From NCBI GenBank assembly GCA_964016885.1, contig OZ024743.1, positions 350,920,001 through 350,984,000 of the forward strand: a stretch of 64,000 nucleotides of DNA. The letters are read 5' to 3'. This DNA comes from Eledone cirrhosa (taxonomy: Eukaryota). Under the pieces are notes generated by a model. It did no database searches and was not told the DNA's origin. It saw only the letters and a list, made by a program, of their open reading frames with translations. Below are positions 26,827 to 41,325 of this stretch, in pieces (the stretch's first letter is position 1; each line of letters starts with the position of its first letter). The translations under genes were made by a program, and so were the position numbers.

Positions 26827-27474
26827 ATATATGTATATATATATATATATATATATGGCTAGAGAGAGATTAAAATGCGATGAGATTATATTCTCATCTT
26901 TTCCAAGATCAGTCGCGATGCGATTAGAATGAAATACATCATAATACAAGTAGAAATTGAGCGATAGTAAAAGCTTGGAGATAGTTTACATGTGACTACG
27001 ACCTCAGCTTTGTAGCATTTTAAATTGACTTTACTTTTAAATATACTGGAGTCTATCCAATTTACATTTGTAGCCTTCTGCTAACATAAGAATTTGATGT
27101 GTAGTTTCCCCCCTTCTTTTTAAATACCTATCTCATCAGTTTTGAGTCTGCCTTTTGTAAGTAATAATTTCAAACATATTATTTACGAGGTCAACTTTAC
27201 CTTTCACTCTTTCGGAATCGATAAAAAAATAGTGGTCTAAGGAGAATGATTTGGTGGAATTATTAAAGCGTTGAAAGGAATACTTTGCAGTATCGATTCT
27301 GACTCTGTACGTTCTGAGTTCAAATCTTGCATCCTGTCATCGGAAAAAGGATAACGTTTCCGCCAGAAGTTGTGATCAGCATATAGTGTCAACAATAGAA
27401 AGACCAATGGAAACATAGTTTCTTTTGTCCGATCTGACGATCTGCTTCATTGCAATCTTTCCTTTTATAATATA

Positions 27475-28115
27475 CTAGCAGAATGGCCCGGCGTTGCTCG
27501 GGATTCTAAACATAGATTGGCATCTTTATCCCTCCTTTCTGAAACAGTTTCGTCGTATGTTCACCAATTGATGCAGAAGTCCTAATAAAAAGTGAAGTTG
27601 CCTTGGGTGAATAGGAAAATAATTTTCCATTAAGATTTTTCAAAAGCATGTAATTGCGTTCCCTCTCATTTTTTTTTTTTTTTTTTTTTTTTTGCTGCTG
27701 TTGGTGTGATAGCGGCCGTTGGTCGTACTACTAACGCAGTCTCATCCTTCTTCAGCCAATCGTGTATATCCCCTTCTGACTTGTTCTTTTTCGCAGTATT
27801 TCGGCCAATGGAATATCTCTTCCTTCGCGGCATGACCTAAAAGGAGGATGAAGTACACTGAGACTAACTGTTAGAGTAAGGAGTAGACTCGTCAGTGAAG
27901 CATGTGATTTCCGAACCGTTGACTATGTAATCGCTGGCCTTGATTGTTTATATTTTTTTTGTATATCTGTTCACGAATATATATATTAAAATAACAGATT
28001 AAAGTGTAAGCAAAGAATCGCTGCTTTCACCCTTAACGGGATCTTCTGAAACTAAAAAAATCAATCTGTGAACGCAGAAGTAAATATTTCGAAAAACGTT
28101 ACACACTATATATAC

Positions 28116-28148
<33 letters not shown>

Positions 28149-28450
28149 GATAGAGTCATAATGTCGTAATGCAGACAGCCAGACATACAGACATATATTA
28201 TAAGGGCGCGACGTTATACCTATGTATCTATCTCTAAAAAGACAGACTAAGAGAGAGATAGAGAGAGAGAGAGAAATCGCTTTTTCAAATTTCAATGCCC
28301 ATAGGGTATTGAAAATTTGAAATATATTTTGCTCAAAACACTCACACAACCATAAGTATTACATGTGTAAAGTTTGAAAAAAATCGGTTGGGTGGTTCTC
28401 GAGTTTTAGGGAGTCAGACAGACAGACATTGTCTGTTTTTGATATATAAA
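27475..28450 (-). mobile_element. Non-autonomous Helitron-like element
   Basis: Minus strand: 5' ATATTTATATATCAAAAACAGACAATGTCTGTCTGTC; 3' hairpin CCCGAGCAACGCCGGG followed by CTAG|T; internal ATG at 27833 encodes MPRRKRYSIGRNT, like RepHel N-termini. Confidence 0.72.
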
Positions 28451-28494
28451 TATATTACAATATATTATTTTGACCATAATTTTCACTATATATA

Positions 28495-29200
28495 TAATTG
28501 ATTCTACTTCTGGCACAAGGCTAGCAATTATTATGCTTTATTTTATCGACCCCATAAGGATGAGAGGCAAAGTTCACCTCGGTGGGATTTGAACTCTGAT
28601 CGTAAAGGGCCGTAACTCCACGCTGCAAAGCATGCCGTCCGACCCTCTACTAATACAGCCAATCCACCGCCTATATACTAATAATTGTTTCTACTTTTGG
28701 CACAAGGCCAGTAATTATCCCAGTGCATTACTGGTATTTTATTTTATCGACCCTGTAAGGATGAAAGGCAAAGTTAACCCCGGCGGGATTTGAACTCAAA
28801 CCGTAAAGGGTCATAACTATGCTGCGAAGCTTGACGTCCGACCCTCTACCGATACTGCCAATTTCTTTTTAGCCTCCCTCAACATACAAACAGCTTCACA
28901 GTGCTGAATATTGTGTGTGTGTGTTTGTATGTGTCTGTATGTGTATGTGTGTGTGTGTTTTACTATGTGTAGACTGAAAAAAGTTGGAAAGAAGTAAACC
29001 ACTGACTTTGGCGTGTTTTAAATATTTGTTTCTACTTTAGGCACAAGGCCAGCAATTACCCAGTTCATTACTGGTACTTTATTTTATCGCCCCCGTAAGG
29101 ATGAAAAGCAAAGTCAAGCTCGGCGGGATTTAAACTCAGATCGTAAAGGGACGTAACTATGCTGGAAAGCATGGCGTCCGACCCTCTACCGATACTGCCA
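28495..29200 (-). mobile_element. Cluster of three SINE family 1 copies (about 28495-28672, 28683-28862, 29026-29200)
   Basis: Three reverse-complement matches to 3348-3536. Confidence 0.88.
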
Positions 29201-32200
29201 AGTTCAAGACAGTTATAACTATTTACCTATTCACATGCCCTTGAGAAACCATAAGAACAACATTTAAAGTCCAAATATGTCACTCCAACTCGTGTACATC
29301 TAGAAAGTAATTTTCTATTATTAGGTCTGTCAAGCACTGTAAAGCAGTGAGACGGTCCAATAAGTCCGAAACATGTCAAGAGTGTCCACCGTAGTTGCCA
29401 AATAATACATTTCATTAATATTAATCCTCGAGCATAAGTGTTTATTTTCTCACTCTATGCGAAATTCAAATTTTTAATAAATTGAAATTTCAGAATTGGC
29501 TTCCCCTTTGCCTTGACCAAATTAACATTAGTCATTATGTTTATGCTTTCCTCTCCTCATTGCACAGGTAATTGCTATTAATTGAATTTCTATTTTGCAC
29601 ACTACAATATGTTAGCAATCATTTGACAAAGATATTAACCTAATGCCATTCTCTTTGCCAAACAATCAAAGATGTCGTCACTTGTTACCAAACACCGAAA
29701 TGATAAGACAGATGCTAAGACATTACATCTCATTCTCTTGCTGATACTGTAATTTACCTTTCCTTAGCATTTTCTTTCTCTACGCACCACTCTGTCTTCC
29801 CATTTCCCATATCTCTCTCTCTCTCTCTCTCTCTCTCCCTCTCCCTATCTCTCTCTGTGTCCCCCCTCTCTCTCTGCCTTTGTATTTCTTCTCCTTTCGC
29901 TCTCGGGTTTATAAAGGAAAGGTCATTATAATTCAATTTAAGATGGAGTTATTTCTAGCTGTGAACAAAAAAATATCGGTTTACTCATTACTGTAGAAGT
30001 CCCTCATTGGAAGTTGCAGTTATACGATTGAAGTGTCAAACTTCTCCCCTTGGCACTTCAGCTACCATTTGTAAAACGATTAACAAGAAATACTTTCCAT
30101 TTCATAAATCAGCCTAACCTATTTCACTGGCAGATATTTCCAGCTCTAACATAATTTATTATTCCTATAAAAGACGAATGGTGGGCTTTCGTTGTAATAT
30201 TCATTGATTTTACCAAGAATGGGTGCGGTGGGACAATGTCAATGTTGAAATTTTAGAATGATGGTTTCATAACATGGGTTTTCATCCTTTCAAGGTCGAT
30301 AAAATAAAGTACATATTCAGGGCGGTGGATTGTCAGAATTGGGAATGCGCCGTGCGAGAGAAAGTGTGGTATTTGTTACGACTCCTTGCGTTCTGAGTTC
30401 AAAATCCGCTATGGCCTAGTTGGATGGTAGACTTAATTCACCACTCGGTTTAACATAACCAAGTAGGCCTTGGGTGATTTTAGCGGGGTCCAATTTGTTG
30501 AAAGCATTCTGGTCAGTTATCCGGTTTATGGATACGTTTTTTCATCCCTCCATCCTATCCGTCTTGAAGGCACTGCCATTCACTCTCTAATTAACCAATA
30601 AAAATTTATCAACAGGAAATATATCTATTCCTTCGTATATTCTTACGAGGTGGGTTTTATCTTTTCGGGCAATACATTTCAGTATTTCTTCTTTTTGCTC
30701 CAAATACTGTTCATGCCACTTGGATAAGCTTTGTTGCGACACAGTTGTGTCCACGCTATCAACCTGTGAGTCAACGACCAATGATTCAACGAAGGAGCAT
30801 CTTCACAATCACTCGTCCTGCTAAAAATAGTAGTCAAATAACACACTATCATCTTAAAGAAAGATTTATTGAGCAATGTAGTCTCTAATATATAAACATG
30901 GCAGCCACGGCTGAAATGCTTTTGATATTAGGTATGCTCTATCAGAGTTGACTGGAGTGTTGAGGTTAGGAAACATGCCTTGATAGCAACTCTCTTCTTC
31001 ACATAATAGCTTGCATCATATGGAATGTAAAACGCAATTCTTAAGCAAAAGAAGTAATTCACTATTAGGAACATAGAATTTATGAATCAATCCAAACGTT
31101 TCTCAAGCTATCTACATGCCGTAGACTTCAAACTGAGCTGCCAGAAGTACTACCACATAAATAACAAATGCCAATATTATTCTTGAAGTAAGACTGATAA
31201 ATATTGTTGTGATAGTGTATATATCTAAATGTTTTGCAGTATTTCGTTTCTGCAGTCAATTTTGAGTTCAAATTCAGCAAAGATGAAATTTATCTTTCAT
31301 TTCTCTGAATCCAATTGAATAAGAGGAATTCACTAAAGTAGATTCAGGCATTTACATCTCAGAGAATATAAGATTATTTTGAATGTATAGAATATTGGTC
31401 ATTTGGTACACTGAGATTGTTGACACCTCTCAAGTTCAATGTTTCCTTCGTATTCTGACAGTAGACACTGGTTTTAGTCTAATTGCAATTTTTAAAAGCT
31501 TAGGAGTGTAAGGAGGATTAACAAATATTACTACCAAGAATGTGGTTTTAACGAATGCAGCAATCTCATATTCAACGATTCAGCAAAGAATGGAATGTGG
31601 ATGGATTAACATTATGTTTCGTGGAAAGCGTTTTGTATAGACATTGTGATTATGCATAATGTTTGTTGTTAAAGCAGGAATAACGATTAATAATCTGTAA
31701 TTATTGAAAAGATATTAGTTCTATTAGTAATATAAAGACGTCGTAGCGAGTAGATTAAAAGAAAGGTGAGAGGAAAGTATAGGTATAGCATCAAATGTTA
31801 ATACATTATATATGCCAAATGTAGGTTGAAGATATCAGCTAAAAGTAAATTATATTATTGTTATTTAAATGCAGCCCTTGATGTGTAAACTGAATAATAT
31901 TTTGTTGATCACTATACCTATTGCAGAAGTATAAAGATTCCGTGGAGATTGTGGGAATTATATGACCTGTGTATCTATTGTGGAAAGTATACGATTGCTA
32001 TGGATATTGTGGGATATTTTAACATAGATATATTATATACATTATCAACACGATACATAACAGTTTGAGTGGCGCAATTCTTCATTACTCTCATGAATAG
32101 AAACTAATCTCGTAGAGAAGGTATTGTATCTTGAAATAAATAAAGTAATATACACTCTGATAAATGACTGAAAAGTAATACACAAAATGTAATACAGCCA

Positions 32201-33737
32201 AAGAAATCCTTAAAGTACAAATGAGAAAATATAAAGAAAAACAACAAGCCAAAAAATATAAGATCTTGTAGTGGAAGAGAAAATAGTAGAAACAATGTAC
32301 TGGGGAGGTGGAACAAAATGATTAGTTCTAATGAAGTCATTGATGCAAGGAGATTTAACTAATATAAGAAGATTGGTAATGAGCATCCGGTGACATGAAA
32401 TGGCATGAGGTGTCAAAATAATTGATGCACTGACTAGGGCTATATTTTTATTTACTTTTTAGTCAGGGAGAGAAGGATAAGGTCCATGAGAGAGGGCACA
32501 GTGGGAAGAAAAATGTATCATCAAACCGGAAACTTAATCCGAATGCTTGCATCAAAGTGGGCTCTGCTAAAGGCACTCAAGATTTATGTGGTGATGTTAA
32601 ATTGAGCGACGGATTAAGTCTACCACTAAAGTTAACCACAGTCGGATTTCGACTCAAAATACAAAGAGCCTGATCAAATATCGCAAGGTGACATTCAAAT
32701 AATTCCGTCTACCCATCACCGTCGACCGGTACTCTATTTTATCAATCCCAAAAGGATGAAATATTAAACTCAACGTGATCTAAACTCAGAGAATTTGAGT
32801 GCAGAAAGCCAGAATATATTATGCCAAGCATTTTCACCTACGCTAAAAAGACTCTGCCTTTTCACTACCAAATGTACACAGAATACTAATAGAAGAAAAG
32901 AAACACTGGTTACTATTAAAATAATATTACCTCATTGTTGAAGATACATGGCGTACTACTGGTTATGAGTGTTCTACACAATCATAGGGTGGCTGGTTCG
33001 AATCCTGAACTGGTTGACGTATTGTGTTCTTGAGCATAACGCTTTAATTCACGTTGCTTTCCATTATAGGATTAGGGCCCCTCTCTCACTAAAACACCTG
33101 AGAAAGTTCCCATGAGATGTAACCTCGTAGGAGGCCAGATAAACCTGCATAGATGTCAGCTATAAATTTCATTTTCATTGTGGAATATCATTTTTGTTGT
33201 TATCGTCGTAGTTTTTGTAACCCCAAATAAGTCCTGATTGAATAAACTTACGATCAAAAATATTCAAGTCGTGACCATTGCATCACATATATGTAAAACT
33301 TATGTACATTAAGTAATATGTCGTTTTATTTTTAAGGCAGTATGGTATAATTAGAGAAATGGCTAGTACAAATATTTCTCTTTTCACTTCAATAGTATTA
33401 CATAAGGTATTACATACATTAAAATGCTCACGATTGCACAACATTAGAAATACATACTTCGTTGGATAAGAATATAAAAGGAATGACGTCAATCCATGCT
33501 TTTCCCTGGAAGCAAATCAAGATGAAAGGATCTTAAAAAGAGGATTTGCGTTACATGATAGACTCTACATGGAATTTCAGAACTTGTATTGGATTGATTA
33601 TATAGATTCAGGAAATCTCGCAGTTTCTGGATGCTTATGATAGGTTTTTCTACTCTCACGGCGATTGTGTTCTCTGGACAGTTCAAACGATTACAGTGCA
33701 GTACGGGAAACCTGAAATGACGACATCAGAAACAATA

Positions 33738-33847
<110 letters not shown>

Positions 33848-33849
33848 CT

Positions 33850-34213
33850 ATGGTTTCGGATTTAGGTAAAAGGCCAGCAATCTTTGGGAGAGAAAATTCG
33901 ATTAAATTGACCGCAGAGCTTTAATTTATCGACCACGTTAGGATAAAAGGCAAAGTTGACCTCTGTAAAATTTGAACTCAGAACGTAGAAAGACGTAACT
34001 AAATACCGCAAAGCATTTAGTCCGACATTTACCGATAATATCAATTTACCGCCCTAATAATAATAATTGTTTCTAATTTTGGTACAAGGCCAGCGTATTA
34101 CTGGTGCTTTATATTACCGACCCCGTAAGATTGAAAGGCGGGATTTGAACTCAGACCGTAAAGAGCTGTAACTCTATGTTGAAAAGATTGCATCCGGCAC
34201 TCTACCGATCCAG

Positions 34214-34263
<50 letters not shown>

Positions 34264-34450
34264 TGTTTCTCCTTTTGGCACAAGGCCAGCAATTACCCAG
34301 TGCATTACTGGTACTTTATTTTATCGACCCTGTAAAAATGAAAGGCAAAGTTAACCTCAGCGGGATTTGAACTCAGATCATAAAGGGCCGTAACTCTTTG
34401 CTGCAAAGCATGGCGTCCGACCCTCTACCGATACTGCCAATCCACCGCCC
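33850..34450 (-). mobile_element. Three SINE family 1 copies separated by (TAA)n
   Basis: Matches at about 33850-34034 (older), 34065-34210 and 34261-34450. Confidence 0.82.
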
Positions 34451-34455
34451 TTTAT

Positions 34456-34523
<68 letters not shown>

Positions 34524-34539
34524 TAATAATAATAATAAA

Positions 34540-35497
34540 ACAACCTGCACAAATATGTGACTGACAGTAGAGAGCCAATGCTCAAAATTGTACTGAAGGA
34601 GAAGACAATAGACCAGGGGATGTCCAAGGAGGAAACAACAACAAGGAGGAAGAGCAACCTTCATGAAAAACCCCTTCATAACAGCTTCTTTAAGAAAGCG
34701 AAATTTAGAGATCCACAGACATGGAACTGGTTAAAAAGAGGAGACCTTAAAAAAGCTACAGAAGGAATGCTAATGGCTGCGCAAGAGCAGGCCCTCAGAA
34801 CGAAGTGGGTGAAACACCATATTTACAAGGTGGATGCTAGCCCACTGTGTAGGACCTGTGGAGAGAGAGAAGAGACTGTGGCTCACATTGTATCCGAGCG
34901 TAAACACCTAGCCCAGACTCACTATCAAGGCTGGAGAAATGATATGATAGGCAGGGTGATCCACTGGCATCTATGCAAAGTAAACAATTTACCACATTCT
35001 GAGAAGTGGTATGAGCATAAGCCAGAGTCGGTGATAGAAAACGATCAGGTGAAGGTGCTATGGGATTTTAGGATACAGACGGACAAGAAATTAGAACACA
35101 ATAGGCCTGACCTGGTGGTTTGGGACAAGGAAAAAAGATCGTGCCTGATTGTAGATGTAGCCTGCCCATTTGACACGAGAGCGCAAGAAAAGGAGAGGGA
35201 GAAAATTAACCGATACCAGGATTTAAAGTGGGAGTTAAAAAGGATTTGAAACTGCCATGAAATCAAGGTCGTCCCGATTGTCATAGGCGCACTAGGTACT
35301 ATCTCAAAGAGTTTCCAAGGATGGTTAAAAAAGATTAGTCCAGCCCCGCTTTTTGGAACACTTCAAAAGGCACGCTTGCTGGGAACAGCAAGAACCCTCC
35401 GATACGTCCTGATTGTCTGAGGCTGCAGGTAGCGGCTTGATATTCATTTCAACAAACTTTCTAGTTAAATAACATCAATGACTGAGACTCAAAGAAC
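34540..35497 (+). mobile_element. 5'-truncated copy of the R4/Dong-type LINE at 52188-55147, between (TAA)n runs
   Basis: ORF 34557..35249 is highly similar to the C-terminus of the 950-aa ORF (zinc knuckle, RPDLVV..D RLE); premature TGA at 35247; same 3' UTR. Confidence 0.92.
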
Positions 35498-35519
35498 AAT
35501 AATAATAATAATAATAATA

Positions 35520-37970
35520 ATTTCATTTATTAGCCACAAGGGCCGACATGTAGGGGACAATACAAAGACAGGGACAGTGGGGGTTTACAATTAGGGTCGA
35601 GTAAAAGTGCACAATGGCAAGACTAATTTAACAATGAAAATATAAAAATATAAAATAAACTATGCATAAATGATAATAATAATAATAATAATAGTAATAA
35701 TAATAATATTTTTTCCATTTATTGGACACGAGGCGACAATACAATAGACGGAGACTGGGGTTTTACACACAATGGAATAAAGCTATACAATCAATAACAA
35801 GAAACAAGAAAAATACAAACAACAGAGTTCCCCAATAGGGGAGATAAACTACCAGGGTCCAAACAGGTACCCCAACAATCCTGAACCACATGACGCTTCG
35901 AGAGTAGCCGGGAAGGGTAGCCCTCTTCAAATTAACCAGCCTACAGGTGCATGCTCAGAGTAGGCCCATTCACACGGGCCATTCTCGCCACATTCATCCA
36001 CCTTTTAGAAAATGTACTGGGGTCTTTACTTCTCTTTCCACCTCCACCTTCCTTTCCAAGTGAAACTTGCAAAAGGCGAAGTAGGGATTGGCGGAAGAGA
36101 AAAGTGTATGTCTTCAGTCCCTTCAACCTGGTCCACCACACCTTTTTTCTACCGTCACCAAGCAGAGGGAAACTGCTTACCCTTACTGGACAAAAGAATG
36201 CGGTGGGGCGATCTTCACTATGGACTCGATCAATAGAAAGATCCGTTCTACACGCGACAACAGCTGTTCGACATAACTCCACAAGTCAGTAATGCACGGA
36301 CACTGGACGCGCATCTCGGGCAAGTCCGTCTGAGAGCACTTCCGTGCCTGTAGAGTTTATCTCGAACCGACAGAGCCCCTCGGTTGCTCTGCCAAGTAAG
36401 GGATTTCGGGAAGTTATCCATCGTCCCCGGCTCGAAATCCTCCGAAACAAACTAATCAGTTCGACTTAGTCGACGCCCAGATTCTCTCCGAGTGTGTCGT
36501 CGCACTTGCCCATCCCTAATCCTCTATAGAACTCGAGAGTGGAAGTTCCACTGACCGCATTTCCCTCCTGACGACATTCCAGTTGCCAGGCACCCAGTCT
36601 CGGTCTCTTCTTGACCCAGGACTGCAGCTCAGTCAAACAGACGGCGACCACATATGTTCACTGTTTAGGCAGAACCTCTGGAGATGCCTTAGCCTCAGCG
36701 TATCTTTGCGCATCATTAGCAATGGCATTCCCAGCGTAGAGGGTGCTGACAGCAATGGACCGCCTCAACGACGGAACCTGTCCACTCACAAGAATTTGAA
36801 GAGTAGCCGTTCCAATTTGGTAGGCGCGAACGGGGACCAGGCACGACGGTCAGACGGTAGTGGATGACGGACCTGATGTACGCGTTCACCACCTCCACCC
36901 GACCTTTCAGGGACAGCTTTCTCTCGACGACCGATTTCTGAGTGAGTGTGGCTAATCTTATTGTAACCTCGACTGAAATTCTGATCCACTTGAACGTCTG
37001 TTCCGAACCAAAGCCCGAGCAACTTTATTGGTTCGTCCATCCAGCGCCCGACACGCTCTTGGACGGTATGGATTTGCCTCTTCAAATGCCGAGCTGGAAG
37101 CTCCCCGATCTTTTCGGGTTTATTATTTCTCCCGTTAACCTTTCATATTCCTCCAAGAAGGTGCCGACCACCTCCATTTCCGAGGTGTTCACCGTCTGGG
37201 TCCGTGTTGGTGGTCGCCGCCGCCTGGGCGACGTCAGCACCAGAAGCTTATGACCCCTAGCAGTTTTGAGCTGTGGGCAGAAACTCGCAAGTGCGTTGTT
37301 TCGCCGCAGAAGAAACAGTGCGGCCTTTTACCCTCGATCATTACCTGCAGAGCCGTCTCGTTTTGGAGACGTATGTGATCCGGGATTTTTATCAAATCTT
37401 CAGGCCTGATCTGGTAACTCCAGATCAACCTCGGACCAGTCCTCCCTGGCTATTATGGTTGCCTCAATCGGGATTGCATCTGTCCCCTCCACAATCACGC
37501 ATCCCAGGAGCCATCAGAAATCTAGTCCTGGTGAAATCCTGGCGATGCGAACTTTAACAGTTCTTTTTCCTATGTTGGAGGGGGGGGGGGGTATATAATG
37601 ACATTGCTGGTTTTGCAAGGGGTCACTGAGTATTTTATAGCGAGGGCTTCTGGCTTAAAAATCACCATAGTACCGTATTTTTTGGACCTCGCTATGTATT
37701 CTGTGTCGTCTCTGATGTACCTCAGAGCAGCTTCGACTTTTGCCTGAGCAGTATTGATGGCTTTTGAAGTCTCTACTGAAATGCATCTAAAGACCACAGT
37801 TCTCCTCTCCACCGCTTCTATGGCCTCTACCGAGATGGTTAAGTTGGCTCAGGTTCGTTCTTGTTTAACGAATTACTTGGCCTGGGCCAACTGTTTCTCT
37901 TTTTGTTTCAGGTCCAAGCTAAAGCATGGCCTCCTTTTGGCTGCTGCAGCAGCGAAAAAGTTCTTGTTGT
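35520..37970 (-). mobile_element. Internally deleted Tx1/L1-type LINE relic (ORF1 with zinc knuckle, RT C-terminus, 3' UTR with (ATT)n tail)
   Basis: Minus strand RPHCFFCGETTHLR; PIKLLGLWFG; EVVNAYIRSVIHYRLTVVP; VWWTRLKG..RWMNVARM; similar to 43828-44716 and 50700-51240. Confidence 0.85.
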
Positions 37971-37974
37971 TGTC

Positions 37975-38508
37975 AGTGTTGCTGTTACGGATGCTGTTTC
38001 AAATTAAAACATTCTGGCCCTTCCTAATATAAGTGAATATATAATGTGAAAATGGCTGCTGGGCTGTGAAGAAGAGAAAAACAAAACAAAAAAAAAACAG
38101 AGATGGGGAGAGAGAGAAAAGAGAGATAAGGTGGGATACAGAAACAAGGAGAAATATATATATTTATATACCAATATATGTATATATATTTACGATCTGA
38201 GTTCAAATCCCGCCGAGGTTGACTTTGCCTTTCATCCTTACAGGGTCGATAAAATAAAGTACCAGTAATGAACTGGGTAATTGCTGGCCTTGTGCCTAAA
38301 GTAGAAACAAATATATGGAAATATATATATATTTCTCCTTGTTTCTGTATCCCACCTTATCTCTCTTCTCTCTCGCCATCTCTGTTTTTTTTTTTGTTTT
38401 TTTTTTCTCTTCTTCACAGCCCAGCAGCCATTTTCACATTATATATTCACTTATATTAGGAAGGGCCAGAATGTTTTAATTTGAAACAGCATCCGCAACA
38501 GCAACACA
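37975..38508. repeat. Inverted repeat with about 190-bp arms (about 37975-38165 and 38322-38508) and a 5'-truncated SINE in the spacer
   Basis: Arms are reverse complements (ORF track translations 38024..38206 - and 38268..38459 + are near-identical); SINE at 38190-38310. Confidence 0.88.
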
Positions 38509-38516
38509 GACAAGAA

Positions 38517-38552
<36 letters not shown>

Positions 38553-38578
38553 GTATATATATATACATATATGTATAC

Positions 38579-38612
<34 letters not shown>

Positions 38613-38613
38613 G

Positions 38614-38669
<56 letters not shown>

Positions 38670-38680
38670 CATATATACAA

Positions 38681-38763
<83 letters not shown>

Positions 38764-39092
38764 TGGAAAATAGGGGGGAAAGAACAGGGCCATAAGGAGA
38801 GAGAGATAAATGAAGGTGAATTTTCTCTTTAACGAATGTTGTAACAGATATCAAAGGGCTCGTAACTTTAATATGGTGCTGTGATGTGAATATTTCATCC
38901 AATCGCGTCACTAGTAAGAAGATTGCAATGGCGGACAGACAGGATTGTTATTCCTACTAACGATTAATATGTTGGTAATTTATTTCAGAGCTTGATTCGA
39001 TCTGTGTATTTAGAGCAAAATAAAGATGATGAACAGCGGTTTATTCATTCAGCTATCAACTTGTTTGTTTAAGACATCAAACGATATATATG

Positions 39093-39163
<71 letters not shown>

Positions 39164-39358
39164 CTATGTGTGTGTGTGTGCCTGTGTGTATAGTATTCGT
39201 CCATGTACCCTACCTAAAGTATTGAGCCCTTGTGATCAATTATTTTTGTTGTTGCTATTATGGAAAATATAATCGATATTGATATATGTTTTATAAGTTG
39301 ACACATGCGCATATACATATTCACACACATATATGAGTTGACACTCACATATACATAT

Positions 39359-39410
<52 letters not shown>

Positions 39411-39502
39411 CATAAACATATGTATGATTATGTACGCACACAAACACACGCACGCACACACGCACACACAGACACACAGACACAGACAGACAGACACACA
39501 CA

Positions 39503-39580
<78 letters not shown>

Positions 39581-39582
<2 letters not shown>

Positions 39583-40190
39583 AGTTTATCAATACTAATG
39601 TGACGAATGTGTTTATCTCTTCTCCCCCCATTTATTACAATAGCTTACATTTTTTAACACGATATCTTACTTTCTTCTTGTATTTTTTTCTTCTTTTTTC
39701 CCTCCTTTTTTCTTTGTTTCATTCATGTCTTTCGTGCTATAAGAGGCATCACACTTTTTTCCCAAACGTCACACAAAATTCTATGTATTTTGTAGCTTAA
39801 TTGCTATGTATTAATGTTTTGTCTCTCGTCTCCTACTCCACTGGACAGCCTTTGGCCTATGTCAGACGCTGTGAACCCGGATGGACCAACAGTAACGCTG
39901 GTAGGGGTCGAAACTGCCAAAGTCCATCTCAACGGCCGATGGTCATGGAGCTGTGTTCTTCGTTTGAATTTTTATTTTTAAATAGTAATTTTTTAAGGTT
40001 TCCCTTTAAAAACTTGTTTTTCGTTTTGTTTTGTCCTTTGTTTATTAATTTTCTTTGTTCGTTGTCTTGTCCACTCTTTGTTAATTTTCTTAAGTTTATC
40101 TACTAATGTGACGAACGTGTTATCTCTTCTCACCCTATTTATTACAATGGCTTAAATTTTTAACACAATGTCATACGTTCTTCTTGATTT
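39581..40190 (+). mobile_element. Non-coding pLTR-like unit with about 510-bp period (terminal direct repeat 39581-39690 and 40091-40190), carrying a decayed HHR
   Basis: Repeat TAAGTTTATC..TACTAATGTGACGAA..ATTTATTACAAT..TTTAACAC; starts at (TA)n. Confidence 0.65.
39864..39929 (+). ncRNA. Decayed type I HHR motif
   Basis: AGACG-CTG(-)TGA-ACCC...GGGGTC-GAAA-CT-GCCAA-AG-TC-CATCT; core lacks A6 and stem I has one mismatch. Confidence 0.55.
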
Positions 40191-41325
40191 TTCAGTGCAA
40201 TCCCGAAAAGCAGAGATGGCCTCCCAAGCACAAGTGGAGCCAACACTGAAGTGCATCATGGATGGCATAGAAAACACAACGAGGGCCAAACAATACGAGA
40301 GCATATCGGTGCTCTTTAAAACAAAGGCCCTTGATATTAAATATTCGGTGGTCCCCCTGCCACGACAAAACTCATGGTGTCTCCTGGGATGCATGGCCCT
40401 GGAGAGCCATGATACACTCCTCAGTGTAAAATTCACCAAAGCGGGGAAAATGGTTCGGGTCTGGTTTAGCGATTCATAAAAAATATGCAGTACTATGTGA
40501 GACTAGTGAACAGGTAAAAGGTCACACTGCTTCCTTTGCGGGAAATCCACTTATCTACGAGACTTTTGTTCTCAGATAAATATTGCAGGGGGTCGCAAAC
40601 CTCCGTTGCTGTCAACACCAATGCCGGAAAAAAACTTCAACAACATAATAAAACAAAACGTCGGTGGGATTGCAGCTCGGCACCTGGAGAGGCAAGTCCA
40701 TGCCTTCCATCAGCGTCGTCGGGCCCTGGATTGACGGACCGGTAAAGTTGCTCGGAGTTTGGTTCGGACCAGACTTCCAAGTGGTTAAGAATTGGGACGA
40801 GGTTACGAATAGGATAGACACTCTCAGCCAGAAATGAGTCGAGAGGAAGCTGTTCCTGAAAGGTTGGACGGAGGTGTCGAACACATCCATCACCTACTAC
40901 CGCCTGACCGTCACGCCTTGTCTCCTTTAGCCCCTCACCAAATTGGAACAGCTACTCTTCAACTTTATGTGTAGGGGAAAGGTTCCGTTGGTGTGCCGAT
41001 TCATCTGTTGGGAGCCACCTTTACACCGAGGGCTGGGCATGCCCTGGTTAATGGTGCTTAAACATGCGCTGAGGCTGCGGCATCTCCAGATATTCTGCCT
41101 AAACGGTGAACAGGTGTGGTCGCCGTTTGTCAGACGGGCCTTTCCGCAGCTCGTCTCTTTGACTGAGCTGCAGTCCTGGATCAAGAAGAGACCGAAACTG
41201 GATGACTGGCATCTGGAATGTTGCCAGCCACTCACTGCCCTCTACCAGGCGAGCAATTCGGTCAGTGGAACTTCCACTCTCGAGTTCTATAGAGGATTAG
41301 TGGGGGGCAAGTGCAAACAACCTAA
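40190..41325 (+). mobile_element. Tx1/L1-type fragments (ORF1 piece 40190-40480; RT C-terminal piece about 40620-41325)
   Basis: AQVEPTLKCI..KALDIKYSVVP resembles the ORF1 piece at 37570..37812; 40943..41341 is near-identical to part of 43828..44757. Confidence 0.82.

Noticed and set aside
29235-29390. HHR-like GTCC-GAAA-CATG-TC-AAGAG
   Set aside because: No convincing CUGANGA half or stem I upstream.
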